A stretch of DNA of 32,000 nucleotides from Bacillus subtilis subsp. subtilis str. 168 (lineage in GTDB: Bacteria > Bacillota > Bacilli > Bacillales > Bacillaceae): positions 960,001 to 992,000 of the forward strand of contig NC_000964.3 of the NCBI RefSeq assembly GCF_000009045.1, given 5' to 3'. The position numbers were made by a program, and so were the translations under genes. Of the stretch, positions 1 to 7,934 are shown one piece after another. The notes beneath the pieces were generated by a model. That model searched no databases, was not told the origin of the DNA, and saw only the letters and a program-made list of their open reading frames with translations. Position 1 is the stretch's first letter. Each line of letters starts with the position of its first letter.

Positions 1-986
1 ATTTTATCCGGTGAAACATCAATACCAGGCACGAGGGTTCCAGGTGAAAATGTCGCTTGTTCTACCTCTGCAAAGTAGTTTTCCGGATTTCTGTCTAGAA
101 CCATGCGTCCGACCTCGATTAACGGGTAGTCTTTTTGAGACCAAACTTTTGTGACATCAAACGGATCGAAACGGTACGTATTTGCATCTTCTAAAGGCAT
201 GATTTGCACATATAGTTTCCATGCAGGATAATCACCGTTTTCGATTGCGTTGAAAAGGTCTTCTGTATGGTAATCAGGGTTTTCACCGGCAATTTTTGCT
301 GCCGTATTGACATCAAGGTTTTTCACGCCTTGTTCTGTTTTAAAGTGATATTTAATCCATACGCCTTCGCCTTCGGCATTTGTCCATTTGAATGTATGGC
401 TTCCGAAGCCGTGCATGTGGCGAAGTGTCGCAGGAATTCCGCGGTCAGACATCAGGATTGTCACTTGGTGCAGTGACTCTGGTGAAAGTGACCAGAAATC
501 CCATACAGCCGTAGGGTTTTTCAGGTGTGTTTTTGGATCTCTTTTTTGTGTATGGATGAAATCAGGGAACTTAATCGCATCGCGGATAAAGAATACAGGC
601 GTATTGTTGCCGACGATGTCGTAGTTTCCTTCTTCAGTATAAAATTTAACAGCAAATCCGCGCGGGTCGCGAACTGTGTCAGCAGAGCCAAGTTCACCGG
701 CAACTGTTGAGAAACGGATGAACAACGGTGTGCGTTTGCCGACTTCAGAAAGGAAAGCGGCTTTCGTGTATTTTGTTACGTCGTTTGTCACTTCAAAATA
801 TCCGTGTGCGCCTGCTCCTTTGGCGTGAACAACACGTTCAGGAACACGTTCTCGGTTGAAATGGGCCAATTTTTCGAGTAAATGTACATCTTGAATTAAA
901 GTTGGTCCGCGAGAACCGGCAGTCATTGAGTTTTGATTATCTCCAACCGGAGCGCCCCAGCTAGTTGTCAGTTTATTTGAACTCAT
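1..986 (-). CDS. katA: Vegetative catalase KatA, N-terminal ~328 codons; the 3' end lies beyond the window start
   Basis: Reverse-strand ATG at 986-984, preceded by AGAGGTGA (rc of 991-998). Hand translation reads [22 protein letters not shown]...[20 protein letters not shown], typical of a monofunctional haem catalase. The frame stays open to position 1, which is why it is absent from the ORF track. Confidence 0.95.
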
Positions 987-1014
987 GTTATCACCTCTTG
1001 GAATTTATAAGAAC

Positions 1015-1042
1015 ATAATATCATCTCTAAGTAAAAAGTCAA
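1015..1042 (-). promoter_or_regulatory. Putative sigma-A promoter of katA (TTGACT-16-TATTAT with an upstream TG)
   Basis: On the minus strand, -35 TTGACT is the rc of 1037-1042. The spacer is 16 nt. The -10 TATTAT is the rc of 1015-1020, with TGn just upstream. Confidence 0.6.
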
Positions 1043-1049
1043 TATTATT

Positions 1050-1064
1050 TTATAATTATTATAA
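1050..1064. promoter_or_regulatory. PerR box
   Basis: TTATAATTATTATAA is a perfect 7-1-7 palindrome. It matches the remembered Per box consensus TTATAATNATTATAA and lies just upstream of the katA -35. Confidence 0.85.
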
Positions 1065-1226
1065 AATAGTTATCTCTATTAATCGATATATAGTATCGAA
1101 ATTGTTGAAAAACCTTGTTGTAACAGCTTTTTATGACACTTAATAATTTTTGGAGAAATAATTTTTCCTTCTCTATTTGCGAAACAAGCAGAGTAAGTGA
1201 TAAACAAGGATATCAAAAATCGTATT

Positions 1227-1253
1227 TAAAAAAGAGTTGACATATCGGAATAA
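1227..1253 (+). promoter_or_regulatory. CymR-type operator overlapping the ssu promoter
   Basis: TAAAAAAGAGTTGACATATCGGAATAA was compared with the remembered CymR consensus TAAWNCN2ANTWNAN3ATMGGAATTW. There are 2 mismatches at specified positions. The box includes the -35 TTGACA. Confidence 0.65.
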
Positions 1254-1266
1254 TTTGAATTAACAT
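1237..1266 (+). promoter_or_regulatory. Putative sigma-A promoter of the ssu operon (TTGACA-18-TAACAT)
   Basis: A perfect -35 lies at 1237-1242. The best -10, TAACAT, lies at 1261-1266. Confidence 0.55.
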
Positions 1267-1312
1267 GTTATTCAAACAAAAAAACAATTGGGCAGCTGAT
1301 CGGACCGCCGAA

Positions 1313-1360
1313 GGCTCTCATCTCTACAAGAACAGAGATGGGGGCCTTTTTGTTTTTTTT
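1313..1360 (+). terminator. Intrinsic terminator inside the ssuB 5' leader
   Basis: GGCTCTCATCTCT (1313-1325) pairs with AGAGATGGGGGCC (1334-1346). This gives a 13-bp stem with 2 G-U pairs and an 8-nt loop, followed by TTTTTGTTTTTTTT. It sits between the promoter and the ssuB start. Confidence 0.8.
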
Positions 1361-1393
1361 GAAGGCGGGGTTGGCAGAAAGAGAGGGATAAAA

Positions 1394-2161
1394 GTGGCTG
1401 TGACCATCAGCATCAAAGAAAAGGCATTTGTTCAAGAAGGCCGCAAAAACACGGTCTTAGAAAACATAGAATTATCAATCGCACCAGGCGAATTTCTAAC
1501 GCTTATCGGACCGAGCGGGTGCGGAAAAAGCACCCTGTTAAAGATTATTGCAGGGCTTGATTCTGAATATGACGGGAGTGTGGAAATTAACGGCCGCAGC
1601 GTAACAGCTCCGGGTATTCAGCAAGGATTTATTTTTCAGGAACACCGCCTCTTTCCTTGGCTGACTGTTGAGCAGAATATTGCAGCCGACTTGAATTTGA
1701 AGGACCCAAAAGTCAAACAAAAGGTGGATGAACTGATCGAGATTGTCAGATTGAAAGGATCGGAAAAAGCATATCCGCGCGAGCTGTCAGGCGGCATGTC
1801 ACAAAGAGTAGCCATCGCCCGGGCCCTGCTGCGGGAGCCTGAGGTGCTGCTTTTAGATGAACCGTTTGGTGCACTCGACGCTTTTACAAGAAAACACCTG
1901 CAGGACGTGCTGCTGGATATATGGAGGAAGAAAAAAACAACGATGATTCTCGTGACTCATGATATAGATGAATCTGTTTATTTAGGAAATGAGCTTGCGA
2001 TCCTTAAGGCCAAACCGGGGAAAATCCATAAGCTGATGCCCATTCACCTGGCGTATCCGCGAAACCGGACGACTCCGGATTTCCAAGCGATCAGACAGAG
2101 AGTGCTGTCGGAATTCGAGAAAACAGAAGATTTGGAGTACGCAGAAGGATCAGGGATATAG
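1394..2161 (+). CDS. ssuB: Aliphatic sulfonate ABC transporter, ATP-binding protein
   Basis: GTG at 1394 lies 5 nt after GAGAGGGA, giving 255 aa. The ORF-track ATG at 1265 would run through the leader terminator. Motifs are Walker [10 protein letters not shown], signature LSGGMSQR, and Walker [12 protein letters not shown]. Confidence 0.93.
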   Translation: MAVTISIKEKAFVQEGRKNTVLENIELSIAPGEFLTLIGPSGCGKSTLLKIIAGLDSEYDGSVEINGRSVTAPGIQQGFIFQEHRLFPWLTVEQNIAADLNLKDPKVKQKVDELIEIVRLKGSEKAYPRELSGGMSQRVAIARALLREPEVLLLDEPFGALDAFTRKHLQDVLLDIWRKKKTTMILVTHDIDESVYLGNELAILKAKPGKIHKLMPIHLAYPRNRTTPDFQAIRQRVLSEFEKTEDLEYAEGSGI

Positions 2162-2178
2162 AAAGGGCGGAAGCGGAA

Positions 2179-3177
2179 ATGAAAAAAGGACTCATTGTAT
2201 TGGTTGCCGTTATTTTTCTGCTCGCAGGCTGTGGAGCAAATGGAGCCAGCGGTGACCACAAACAATTGAAGGAAATTCGTATTGGTATTCAGCAAAGCTT
2301 AAGCCCCCTTTTGATTGCAAAAGAAAAAGGCTGGTTCGAAGATGCATTTGAAAAAGAAGGCATCAAAGTGAAATGGGTGGAGTTTCAAAGCGGTCCGCCC
2401 CAATTTGAAGGCCTTGCGGCAGACAAACTTGATTTTTCTCAAGTCGGTAATTCGCCTGTGATCGCTGGACAGGCGGCAGGCATTGACTTTAAAGAAATCG
2501 GTTTGTCTCAGGACGGCTTGAAAGCAAACGGCATCCTTGTCAATCAAAACAGCGGCATTCAAGACGTTAAGGGCTTAAAGGGGAAGAAAATTGCAGTCGC
2601 CAAAGGCAGCAGCGGGTTTGATTTTTTGTATAAAGCGCTTGATCAAGTGGGGTTGTCAGCTAACGATGTGACAATTATTCAGCTTCAGCCTGATGAAGCA
2701 GCTTCCGCATTTGAAAACGGATCTGTTGATGCCTGGTCCATTTGGGAGCCGTACTTGTCCTTAGAAACAATGAAACACGGAGCAAAAATCCTTGTGAACG
2801 GAGAAAGCACAGATTTATATTCACCGGGTTTTACTTTAGTAAGAACAAAGTTTTCAGAAGAGCATCCAGACGAAGTGGTCCGTTTTCTGAAGGTGTTTAA
2901 TAAAGCCGTTGTATGGCAAAAGGAACATCTGGATGAAGCAGCGGACTTATATTCTGACATTAAAGATCTCGATAAAAAGGTCGTCGAAAATGTGCTGAAA
3001 AATACTGAGCCACTTAATGAGATCATCAGTGACGACATTGTGAAAGCACAGCAGGAAACAGCAGATTTTCAATTTCGAACAAAGGCGATAGATAAGAAGA
3101 TTGATGTGAAGGATGTTGTCGATAACACTTTTATCAAAAAAGCATTAGAGGAGCATTCCTCAGGAGGTGATCAATGA
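2179..3177 (+). CDS. ssuA: Sulfonate-binding lipoprotein (NMT1/SsuA-type SBP)
   Basis: The product is 332 aa with a lipobox LLAGC after a hydrophobic N-terminus. It sits between the ABC ATPase and permease genes. Confidence 0.92.
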   Translation: MKKGLIVLVAVIFLLAGCGANGASGDHKQLKEIRIGIQQSLSPLLIAKEKGWFEDAFEKEGIKVKWVEFQSGPPQFEGLAADKLDFSQVGNSPVIAGQAAGIDFKEIGLSQDGLKANGILVNQNSGIQDVKGLKGKKIAVAKGSSGFDFLYKALDQVGLSANDVTIIQLQPDEAASAFENGSVDAWSIWEPYLSLETMKHGAKILVNGESTDLYSPGFTLVRTKFSEEHPDEVVRFLKVFNKAVVWQKEHLDEAADLYSDIKDLDKKVVENVLKNTEPLNEIISDDIVKAQQETADFQFRTKAIDKKIDVKDVVDNTFIKKALEEHSSGGDQ

Positions 3178-4004
3178 TGAAAGCAGAGGCTGCGGGCTCG
3201 CTGCCCAAAACGAATGCGGAAGCGGTGCGAAAAAAGCCCGGAAGGAAGAGATACGGCTGGATGAAGGGGCTTTTACTGCCCGCTGTCATCATTGCCATCT
3301 GGCAGGTCATCGGCGGGCTGGGGGTTGTGTCCGCTACAGTGCTGCCTACACCTGTTACGATTGTTCTGACCTTTAAGGAGCTTATTTTGTCCGGCGAACT
3401 GTTCGGCCATCTGCAAATCAGCATTTATCGGGCGGCACTTGGTTTTTTGCTTGGCGCGGGGCTTGGATTGATGATCGGGATTTTGGCCGGATTTTCCAAA
3501 CGGACGGAGCTGTATCTTGATCCGTCGTTGCAAATGCTTAGAACCGTACCTCATCTGGCCGTCACGCCGCTGTTTATTTTATGGTTCGGATTTGACGAAG
3601 TATCTAAAATTTTGCTGATTGCGCTCGGTGCCTTCTTTCCTGTCTATATCAATACGTTTAACGGCATCCGCGGGGTTGACGCGAAGCTGTTTGAAGTCGC
3701 CCGGGTGCTTGAATTTAAATGGCATCAGCAGATATCCAAAGTGATATTGCCGGCAGCCCTGCCCAATATATTGCTAGGCATTCGCTTATCGCTCGGCATT
3801 GCATGGCTCGGGCTCGTTGTGGCAGAGCTGATGGGCTCAAGCTCGGGAGTCGGCTATATGATCATGGATGCGAGACAGTTTTCACAAACGAATAAAGTCT
3901 TTGCAGGGATTATCATTTTTGCAGTGGTTGGAAAGCTGACGGATTCCTTCGTCAGGCTGCTTGAACGAAAGCTGTTAAAGTGGAGAAACAGCTACGAAGG
4001 ATAA
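3174..4004 (+). CDS. ssuC: Sulfonate ABC transporter permease
   Basis: The start overlaps the ssuA stop (ATGATGA), with GGAGGTGA at 3163-3170. It is a polytopic membrane protein of the binding-protein-dependent permease type. Confidence 0.92.
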   Translation: MMKAEAAGSLPKTNAEAVRKKPGRKRYGWMKGLLLPAVIIAIWQVIGGLGVVSATVLPTPVTIVLTFKELILSGELFGHLQISIYRAALGFLLGAGLGLMIGILAGFSKRTELYLDPSLQMLRTVPHLAVTPLFILWFGFDEVSKILLIALGAFFPVYINTFNGIRGVDAKLFEVARVLEFKWHQQISKVILPAALPNILLGIRLSLGIAWLGLVVAELMGSSSGVGYMIMDARQFSQTNKVFAGIIIFAVVGKLTDSFVRLLERKLLKWRNSYEG

Positions 4005-4026
4005 AAGATATAAAGGGGAGATGAAT

Positions 4027-5157
4027 ATGGAAATTCTTTGGTTTATACCGACTCATGGAGACGCGAGATATTTAGGATCTGAAAGTGATGGACGGACTGC
4101 GGATCATCTTTACTTTAAACAAGTCGCGCAGGCGGCAGACAGGCTGGGATATACAGGAGTTCTTCTGCCAACGGGAAGATCGTGCGAGGACCCGTGGCTT
4201 ACAGCGTCGGCACTGGCAGGAGAAACAAAGGACTTAAAGTTTTTAGTCGCGGTAAGACCTGGTTTAATGCAGCCTTCTCTGGCAGCCAGAATGACATCCA
4301 CCCTAGACCGCATTTCAGACGGCCGGCTGCTGATCAACGTTGTGGCAGGGGGCGATCCGTATGAGCTGGCAGGCGATGGCCTGTTTATCAGCCATGATGA
4401 GCGCTACGAGGCAACAGACGAATTTTTAACCGTTTGGCGGAGACTTTTGCAGGGAGAAACGGTTTCCTATGAAGGAAAGCATATAAAAGTGGAAAACAGC
4501 AATCTGCTTTTCCCGCCGCAGCAAGAGCCGCATCCGCCCATCTATTTCGGTGGTTCGTCACAGGCTGGAATTGAAGCTGCCGCAAAGCATACAGACGTGT
4601 ACTTGACATGGGGTGAGCCGCCTGAACAAGTAAAAGAAAAGATAGAAAGAGTCAAAAAGCAAGCGGCAAAAGAAGGGAGATCCGTTCGATTTGGCATTAG
4701 GCTGCATGTCATTGCCCGTGAAACTGAACAAGAGGCATGGGAAGCGGCAGAGCGCTTGATCAGCCACTTGGATGATGACACCATTGCCAAAGCGCAGGCA
4801 GCTTTGAGCCGTTACGACTCTTCAGGCCAGCAGCGGATGGCCGTCCTTCATCAAGGCGATCGGACGAAGCTTGAAATCAGCCCGAATCTGTGGGCGGGGA
4901 TCGGCCTGGTCAGAGGAGGGGCAGGAACAGCTCTTGTCGGTGATCCGCAGACGATTGCCGACCGGATAGCGGAGTACCAGGCACTCGGCATAGAATCGTT
5001 TATATTCTCCGGCTATCCGCATTTAGAAGAAGCGTATTATTTTGCAGAGCTTGTATTTCCGCTTTTGCCGTTTGAAAATGATCGGACGAGAAAGCTTCAG
5101 AACAAAAGGGGAGAAGCGGTAGGAAACACTTATTTTGTCAAAGAGAAAAATGCATGA
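4027..5157 (+). CDS. ssuD: FMNH2-dependent alkanesulfonate monooxygenase (luciferase-like)
   Basis: The product begins [12 protein letters not shown].... The ATG at 4027 is better spaced from AAGGGGAG than the ORF-track ATG at 4021. It is 376 aa with a luciferase-like TIM-barrel signature. Confidence 0.92.
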   Translation: MEILWFIPTHGDARYLGSESDGRTADHLYFKQVAQAADRLGYTGVLLPTGRSCEDPWLTASALAGETKDLKFLVAVRPGLMQPSLAARMTSTLDRISDGRLLINVVAGGDPYELAGDGLFISHDERYEATDEFLTVWRRLLQGETVSYEGKHIKVENSNLLFPPQQEPHPPIYFGGSSQAGIEAAAKHTDVYLTWGEPPEQVKEKIERVKKQAAKEGRSVRFGIRLHVIARETEQEAWEAAERLISHLDDDTIAKAQAALSRYDSSGQQRMAVLHQGDRTKLEISPNLWAGIGLVRGGAGTALVGDPQTIADRIAEYQALGIESFIFSGYPHLEEAYYFAELVFPLLPFENDRTRKLQNKRGEAVGNTYFVKEKNA

Positions 5158-5172
5158 GTTTAACTAAAATAC

Positions 5173-5218
5173 AGCCCCCCGAACATGGTATGATATTCAA
5201 AAAAAGGGGGCTTTTTTT
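5173..5218 (+). terminator. Composite hairpin plus T-run between ssuD and ygaN (probable partial terminator)
   Basis: The outer stem is AGCCCCC (5173-5179) with GGGGGCT (5206-5212). The inner stem is GAACAT (5181-5186) with ATATTC (5193-5198). TTTTTTT follows. Confidence 0.45.
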
Positions 5219-5227
5219 CTGAAAACA

Positions 5228-5797
5228 TTGAGAAGCGCGGCAGTCATTTGCCTCATAGCTATGCTGTCAGCATGCGGACATTCAAAACAGATGGAAATCA
5301 AAGCGGCGGACATATCAGATCTTGAAAAAAACAGAATGGATGTCGCAGCTTCACAGGCATTCACTGCCGAAGCCGTCAATATCGGTGAAGGTATTTCTTC
5401 AGCTGACATGTACATCGAACATTATCAAAAGGGAAAGCTTGTTGAGAGGTTTGGACCGGTTCGTGCAGATTATTCAGAGGAAAAAACTGATACCATACAA
5501 TTTGTTTATTTTGAGAATGAAGAGGGGGAAGGAAAGAATAAACATACCACCATTCATTTTGGCATTGTGGATAAACAGGGAACTATAGCGGCTGATTCAT
5601 CGGTGAAACGCGACGATAGCACAACACAGGAAATGACTCAGAATATTTCATCGCCGGAACCGATTACTTTCGAGAAGCCTGCTTTGATCGGCAGCAGTAT
5701 TAGAGGGACTGACGAGACAATGCACACCTCTGAACATAAAAAAGAGCTCATTAAGCATCAAGATGCGTTACTGTATTATGTGGAATTGCATCATTAG
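5228..5797 (+). CDS. ygaN: Lipoprotein of unknown function at the end of the ssu cluster
   Basis: The signal peptide with lipobox LSAC is ...AAVICLIAMLSAC. The start is uncertain. TTG at 5228 has no SD, whereas the in-frame CTG at 5219 lies 8 nt after GGGGG. Confidence 0.8.
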   Translation: MRSAAVICLIAMLSACGHSKQMEIKAADISDLEKNRMDVAASQAFTAEAVNIGEGISSADMYIEHYQKGKLVERFGPVRADYSEEKTDTIQFVYFENEEGEGKNKHTTIHFGIVDKQGTIAADSSVKRDDSTTQEMTQNISSPEPITFEKPALIGSSIRGTDETMHTSEHKKELIKHQDALLYYVELHH

Positions 5798-5869
5798 AAT
5801 GGGCGGCTTCAGGCCGTCTGTTTTACAAAGCGGTATGCTTGCTTTTTTGAATGGTGAATGATACATTTT

Positions 5870-5890
5870 AAATCGTAACAATTTCGATTT
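5870..5890. promoter_or_regulatory. Zur box
   Basis: AAATCGTAACAATTTCGATTT is a near-perfect inverted repeat resembling the remembered Zur consensus AAATCGTAATNATTACGATTT. It lies 19 nt upstream of the S14 paralogue start. Confidence 0.8.
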
Positions 5891-5908
5891 AAAGGGAGGC
5901 TATGTGAC

Positions 5909-6178
5909 TTGGCTAAAAAATCAAAAGTGGCAAAAGAGTTAAAACGCCAACAGCTTGTTGAGCAATACGCTGGTATTAGACGCGAGTTGAAGGAAAAAGG
6001 AGATTACGAGGCACTCAGCAAGCTGCCAAGAGATTCAGCACCGGGAAGGCTTCACAACCGCTGCATGGTAACGGGGCGCCCGAGAGCATATATGAGGAAG
6101 TTTAAAATGTCCAGAATCGCTTTCAGGGAGCTGGCCCATAAAGGCCAGATTCCCGGTGTGAAAAAAGCAAGCTGGTAA
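5909..6178 (+). CDS. rpsNB: Zinc-independent (C-minus) ribosomal protein S14 paralogue
   Basis: The TTG start follows AAAGGGAGG, giving 89 aa. The S14 core is ...[39 protein letters not shown] and lacks the CxxC zinc ribbon. Confidence 0.92.
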   Translation: MAKKSKVAKELKRQQLVEQYAGIRRELKEKGDYEALSKLPRDSAPGRLHNRCMVTGRPRAYMRKFKMSRIAFRELAHKGQIPGVKKASW

Positions 6179-6180
6179 GA

Positions 6181-6216
6181 AAAAACTCCGGCCGATTACA
6201 GCGCGCCGGAGTTTTT
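6181..6216. terminator. Bidirectional terminator shared by rpsNB and ygaO
   Basis: AAAAACTCCGGC (6181-6192) pairs with GCCGGAGTTTTT (6205-6216). An A-run lies on one side and a T-run on the other. The ygaO stop codon (6196-6198) lies in the loop. Confidence 0.85.
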
Positions 6217-6669
6217 TTCGTTTTTCTTGAAAGAGATGACGTAGGAAAGGTGCTGGATGATCATGATGATAAACACAATAATAATAGGGAAAAACGGAAT
6301 GCGCGATTGAAATAGCGGATAAAAAATGAGAAGAACCGCTGCGGCAGGCAGCGAGAAGTAGACAGCGATATATGACGCGCGACATGCTTTTGCCGTCATC
6401 ATCTGCTCTCTTTCATCCTGCTCTTCAAACTCATCAGGCAGAAGTAGCTGCTTTCTGGCAGGGCGGCTTTTTTTCTGTAAGTACAAATAAACCGCAGACG
6501 CCGCAACAAACAGAATAAAGGGAGTGAGGTTTAAATCAAATACCATCCCGCCGCTCTTTGTGCCGAAAAAAGATGCTATGCCTTCTGAGGCTTCAAAGTA
6601 TGAAATCAGCGCCCAGCATGCAAGGCCAAATAAAACAAGGTGAAAAGCTGCTTTTGTTTTCATGCTCAT
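6196..6669 (-). CDS. ygaO: Four-TM membrane protein with an acidic cytoplasmic linker
   Basis: The product is 157 aa. GGAGG lies 9 nt upstream, inside the end of ygzD. Four hydrophobic segments are present, with the linker ...KKSRPARKQLLLPDEFEEQDEREQ.... Confidence 0.85.
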   Translation of the reverse strand: MSMKTKAAFHLVLFGLACWALISYFEASEGIASFFGTKSGGMVFDLNLTPFILFVAASAVYLYLQKKSRPARKQLLLPDEFEEQDEREQMMTAKACRASYIAVYFSLPAAAVLLIFYPLFQSRIPFFPIIIVFIIMIIQHLSYVISFKKNEKNSGAL

Positions 6670-6670
6670 C

Positions 6671-6874
6671 TTAGTTTTCCTCCTCTAACCAAAAGACATC
6701 CTCCATTTTCATGGAGAAGGCTTTGCAGATTTTCAGTGCTAACAGCAGTGAGGGAACATAATCGCCTTTTTCAATCGCTGCCACAGTCTGTCTTGTGACG
6801 CCGACCGTTTCTCCGAGTTTTTCCTGAGAATAGCCGAAGCGTGCCCTCAGCTCTTTTACTTTATTTTTCATCAT
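6671..6874 (-). CDS. ygzD: Small XRE/Cro-type HTH transcriptional regulator
   Basis: ATG at 6874 lies 8 nt after GAAGGGGA, so the ORF-track start at 6892 is an extension. The HTH is ...FGYSQEKLGETVGVTRQTVAAIEKGDY.... About 67 aa, with no sensor domain. Confidence 0.88.
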   Translation of the reverse strand: MMKNKVKELRARFGYSQEKLGETVGVTRQTVAAIEKGDYVPSLLLALKICKAFSMKMEDVFWLEEEN

Positions 6875-6908
6875 GACGTCTGTCCCCTTCACAATCTCGA
6901 TTGATTAT

Positions 6909-6937
6909 ATTGTATAGTATACTTAACATTATGTAAA
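6909..6937 (-). promoter_or_regulatory. Putative ygzD-ygaO promoter (TTTACA-17-TACAAT) with an embedded palindrome GTATAGTATAC
   Basis: On the minus strand, the -35 is the rc of 6932-6937 and the -10 is the rc of 6909-6914. The 5-1-5 palindrome at 6912-6922 overlaps the -10 and spacer. Confidence 0.5.
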
Positions 6938-6995
6938 TGGAACTTAACAACTTTACAAAAAGATAACTTTTTTTCGACAAAATTTTTATATTCCC

Positions 6996-7024
6996 TTGAC
7001 GAAAAATAAATAAACATGTAATAT
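6996..7024 (+). promoter_or_regulatory. Putative sigma-A promoter of the tRNA-Gly gene (TTGACG-17-TAATAT)
   Basis: The -35 is at 6996-7001 and the -10 at 7019-7024. An A/T-rich UP-like tract lies upstream, and the tRNA 5' end is about 40 nt downstream. Confidence 0.65.
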
Positions 7025-7064
7025 AAAAAAAGTCAGAGCGGTACTGTTGCTGACAATCACAAAT

Positions 7065-7138
7065 GCGGGTGTAGTTTAGTGGTAAAACCTCAGCCTTCCA
7101 AGCTGATGTCGTGAGTTCGATTCTCATCACCCGCTCCA
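7065..7138 (+). tRNA. trnSL-Gly: tRNA-Gly (anticodon UCC), CCA encoded
   Basis: I folded the cloverleaf by hand. The acceptor is GCGGGTG/CACCCGC and the D stem is GTTT/AAAC. The anticodon stem is TCAGC/GCTGA with loop CTTCCAA. The T arm is GTGAG-TTCGATT-CTCAC, followed by discriminator T and CCA. Confidence 0.95.
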
Positions 7139-7151
7139 TACATACGTTATT

Positions 7152-7198
7152 AACGCAGTGTTTCGTTTCTCAGATAAACGAAGTATTGCGTTTTTTTA
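7152..7198 (+). terminator. Terminator of the tRNA-Gly transcript
   Basis: A 17-bp stem forms between 7152-7168 and 7176-7192 with 3 G-U pairs and loop CTCAGAT. TTTTTTT follows. Confidence 0.85.
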
Positions 7199-7202
7199 TG
7201 TG

Positions 7203-7231
7203 AAAAAGAACACGGTATTCGTGTTCTTTTA
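7203..7231 (-). terminator. Terminator of the minus-strand B3/4-like gene
   Basis: AAGAACACG and CGTGTTCTT flank a 5-nt loop. On the minus strand a T-run follows. The structure overlaps the stop codon at 7229-7231. Confidence 0.8.
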
Positions 7232-7858
7232 CGTAAGCCAATGTACTGTATGGGTGCCGCCGTGAATTTGTTCAAACATTTTCGTTAATGATGATAAGAG
7301 GTTAACAGCGCTGCTTTTCTCAATCGATGGCGGGAAAAAAATGATTTGCAGCATATTCTTAGTCTCGTTTGAAACGGGATAGTGGTTGACGCTGTTTTTG
7401 AAATCGCCAAAAATGCCGTTTTCATCAGAGAAAAGCAGTATGTTTTCTTTTTCTCCCAATGAGATCCGGACCGGCTCATGAAGCTTTCCGGCATCATAAA
7501 TCATAATAGGCAGAGAATATTTTAATGCGAAAAAATCGATTGTGTCATGGGCCGAGTCTTTACTTTCCATGAATTGTTCCTTGGATATCGGGACCAGCAT
7601 GTCCTCCATTGGGGTTGTTTCTCCCTCAAATGAAGGGTTAAGCTGTTTAAAGAGTTTCTGCCATTCCTTGACGAAGGATTCATCGGATATACCGCCGTCC
7701 GCATAGTCGAAAAACAAGGATTCTTGAAACAGGCGGAGTCTGCCTTTCAGCATTTGCGGTGAGGAGCCGACTTCGATATTCTCATAAATGACAGCAGCTG
7801 CATGTAAGCCGGCCGCACGTTCAGTAATAACAGAATCAAGTTTGATATTCACTAGCAT
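7229..7858 (-). CDS. Stand-alone B3/B4-like (PheRS-beta-type tRNA-binding fold) domain protein; function unknown
   Basis: The ORF is 209 aa. The start is ATG at 7858 or, with better SD spacing, GTG at 7852. The domain call rests on remembered B3_4 family patterns such as DTIDFFALKYSLPIMIYDAGKL and ...ILLFSDENGIFGDF...ETKNMLQIIF. I did not verify it with an HMM. Confidence 0.6.
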   Translation of the reverse strand: MLVNIKLDSVITERAAGLHAAAVIYENIEVGSSPQMLKGRLRLFQESLFFDYADGGISDESFVKEWQKLFKQLNPSFEGETTPMEDMLVPISKEQFMESKDSAHDTIDFFALKYSLPIMIYDAGKLHEPVRISLGEKENILLFSDENGIFGDFKNSVNHYPVSNETKNMLQIIFFPPSIEKSSAVNLLSSLTKMFEQIHGGTHTVHWLT

Positions 7859-7934
7859 TCACTCCAGTTACGTGATATCAACCTATTATAAACGCTGTGT
7901 CGTTTTATCACAAAGAAAGGAGGCTGTGCAAAAC

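Noticed and set aside
267-710. Short plus- and minus-strand ORFs (267-476, 388-624, 521-703, 525-710) at the left edge
   Set aside because: They lie inside the katA coding region, whose reverse-strand frame is open from 986 to 1 and translates to a canonical catalase.
1265-1393. N-terminal extensions offered by the ORF track (ssuB 1265, queG 7788, yhbD 10667, prkA 13012, yhbJ 17069, yhcE 20431, yhcH 22244, yhcI 23205, cspB 24576, yhcJ 24892, ygzD 6892)
   Set aside because: In each case a downstream start has a well-spaced SD. The extension also overlaps a terminator, a promoter or the upstream gene. The trimmed products match the lengths I remember for the B. subtilis proteins.
6035-6385. 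116-aa minus-strand ORF bridging rpsNB and ygaO
   Set aside because: It crosses the bidirectional terminator and overlaps two supported genes in the wrong frames.
6861-7139. 92-aa minus-strand ORF (MERVMRIELTTSAWKAEVLPLNYTRI...)
   Set aside because: It is the reverse complement of the tRNA-Gly gene plus promoter DNA. The RIELTTS...LPLNYTR peptide is the classic artefact of translating a tRNA antisense strand.
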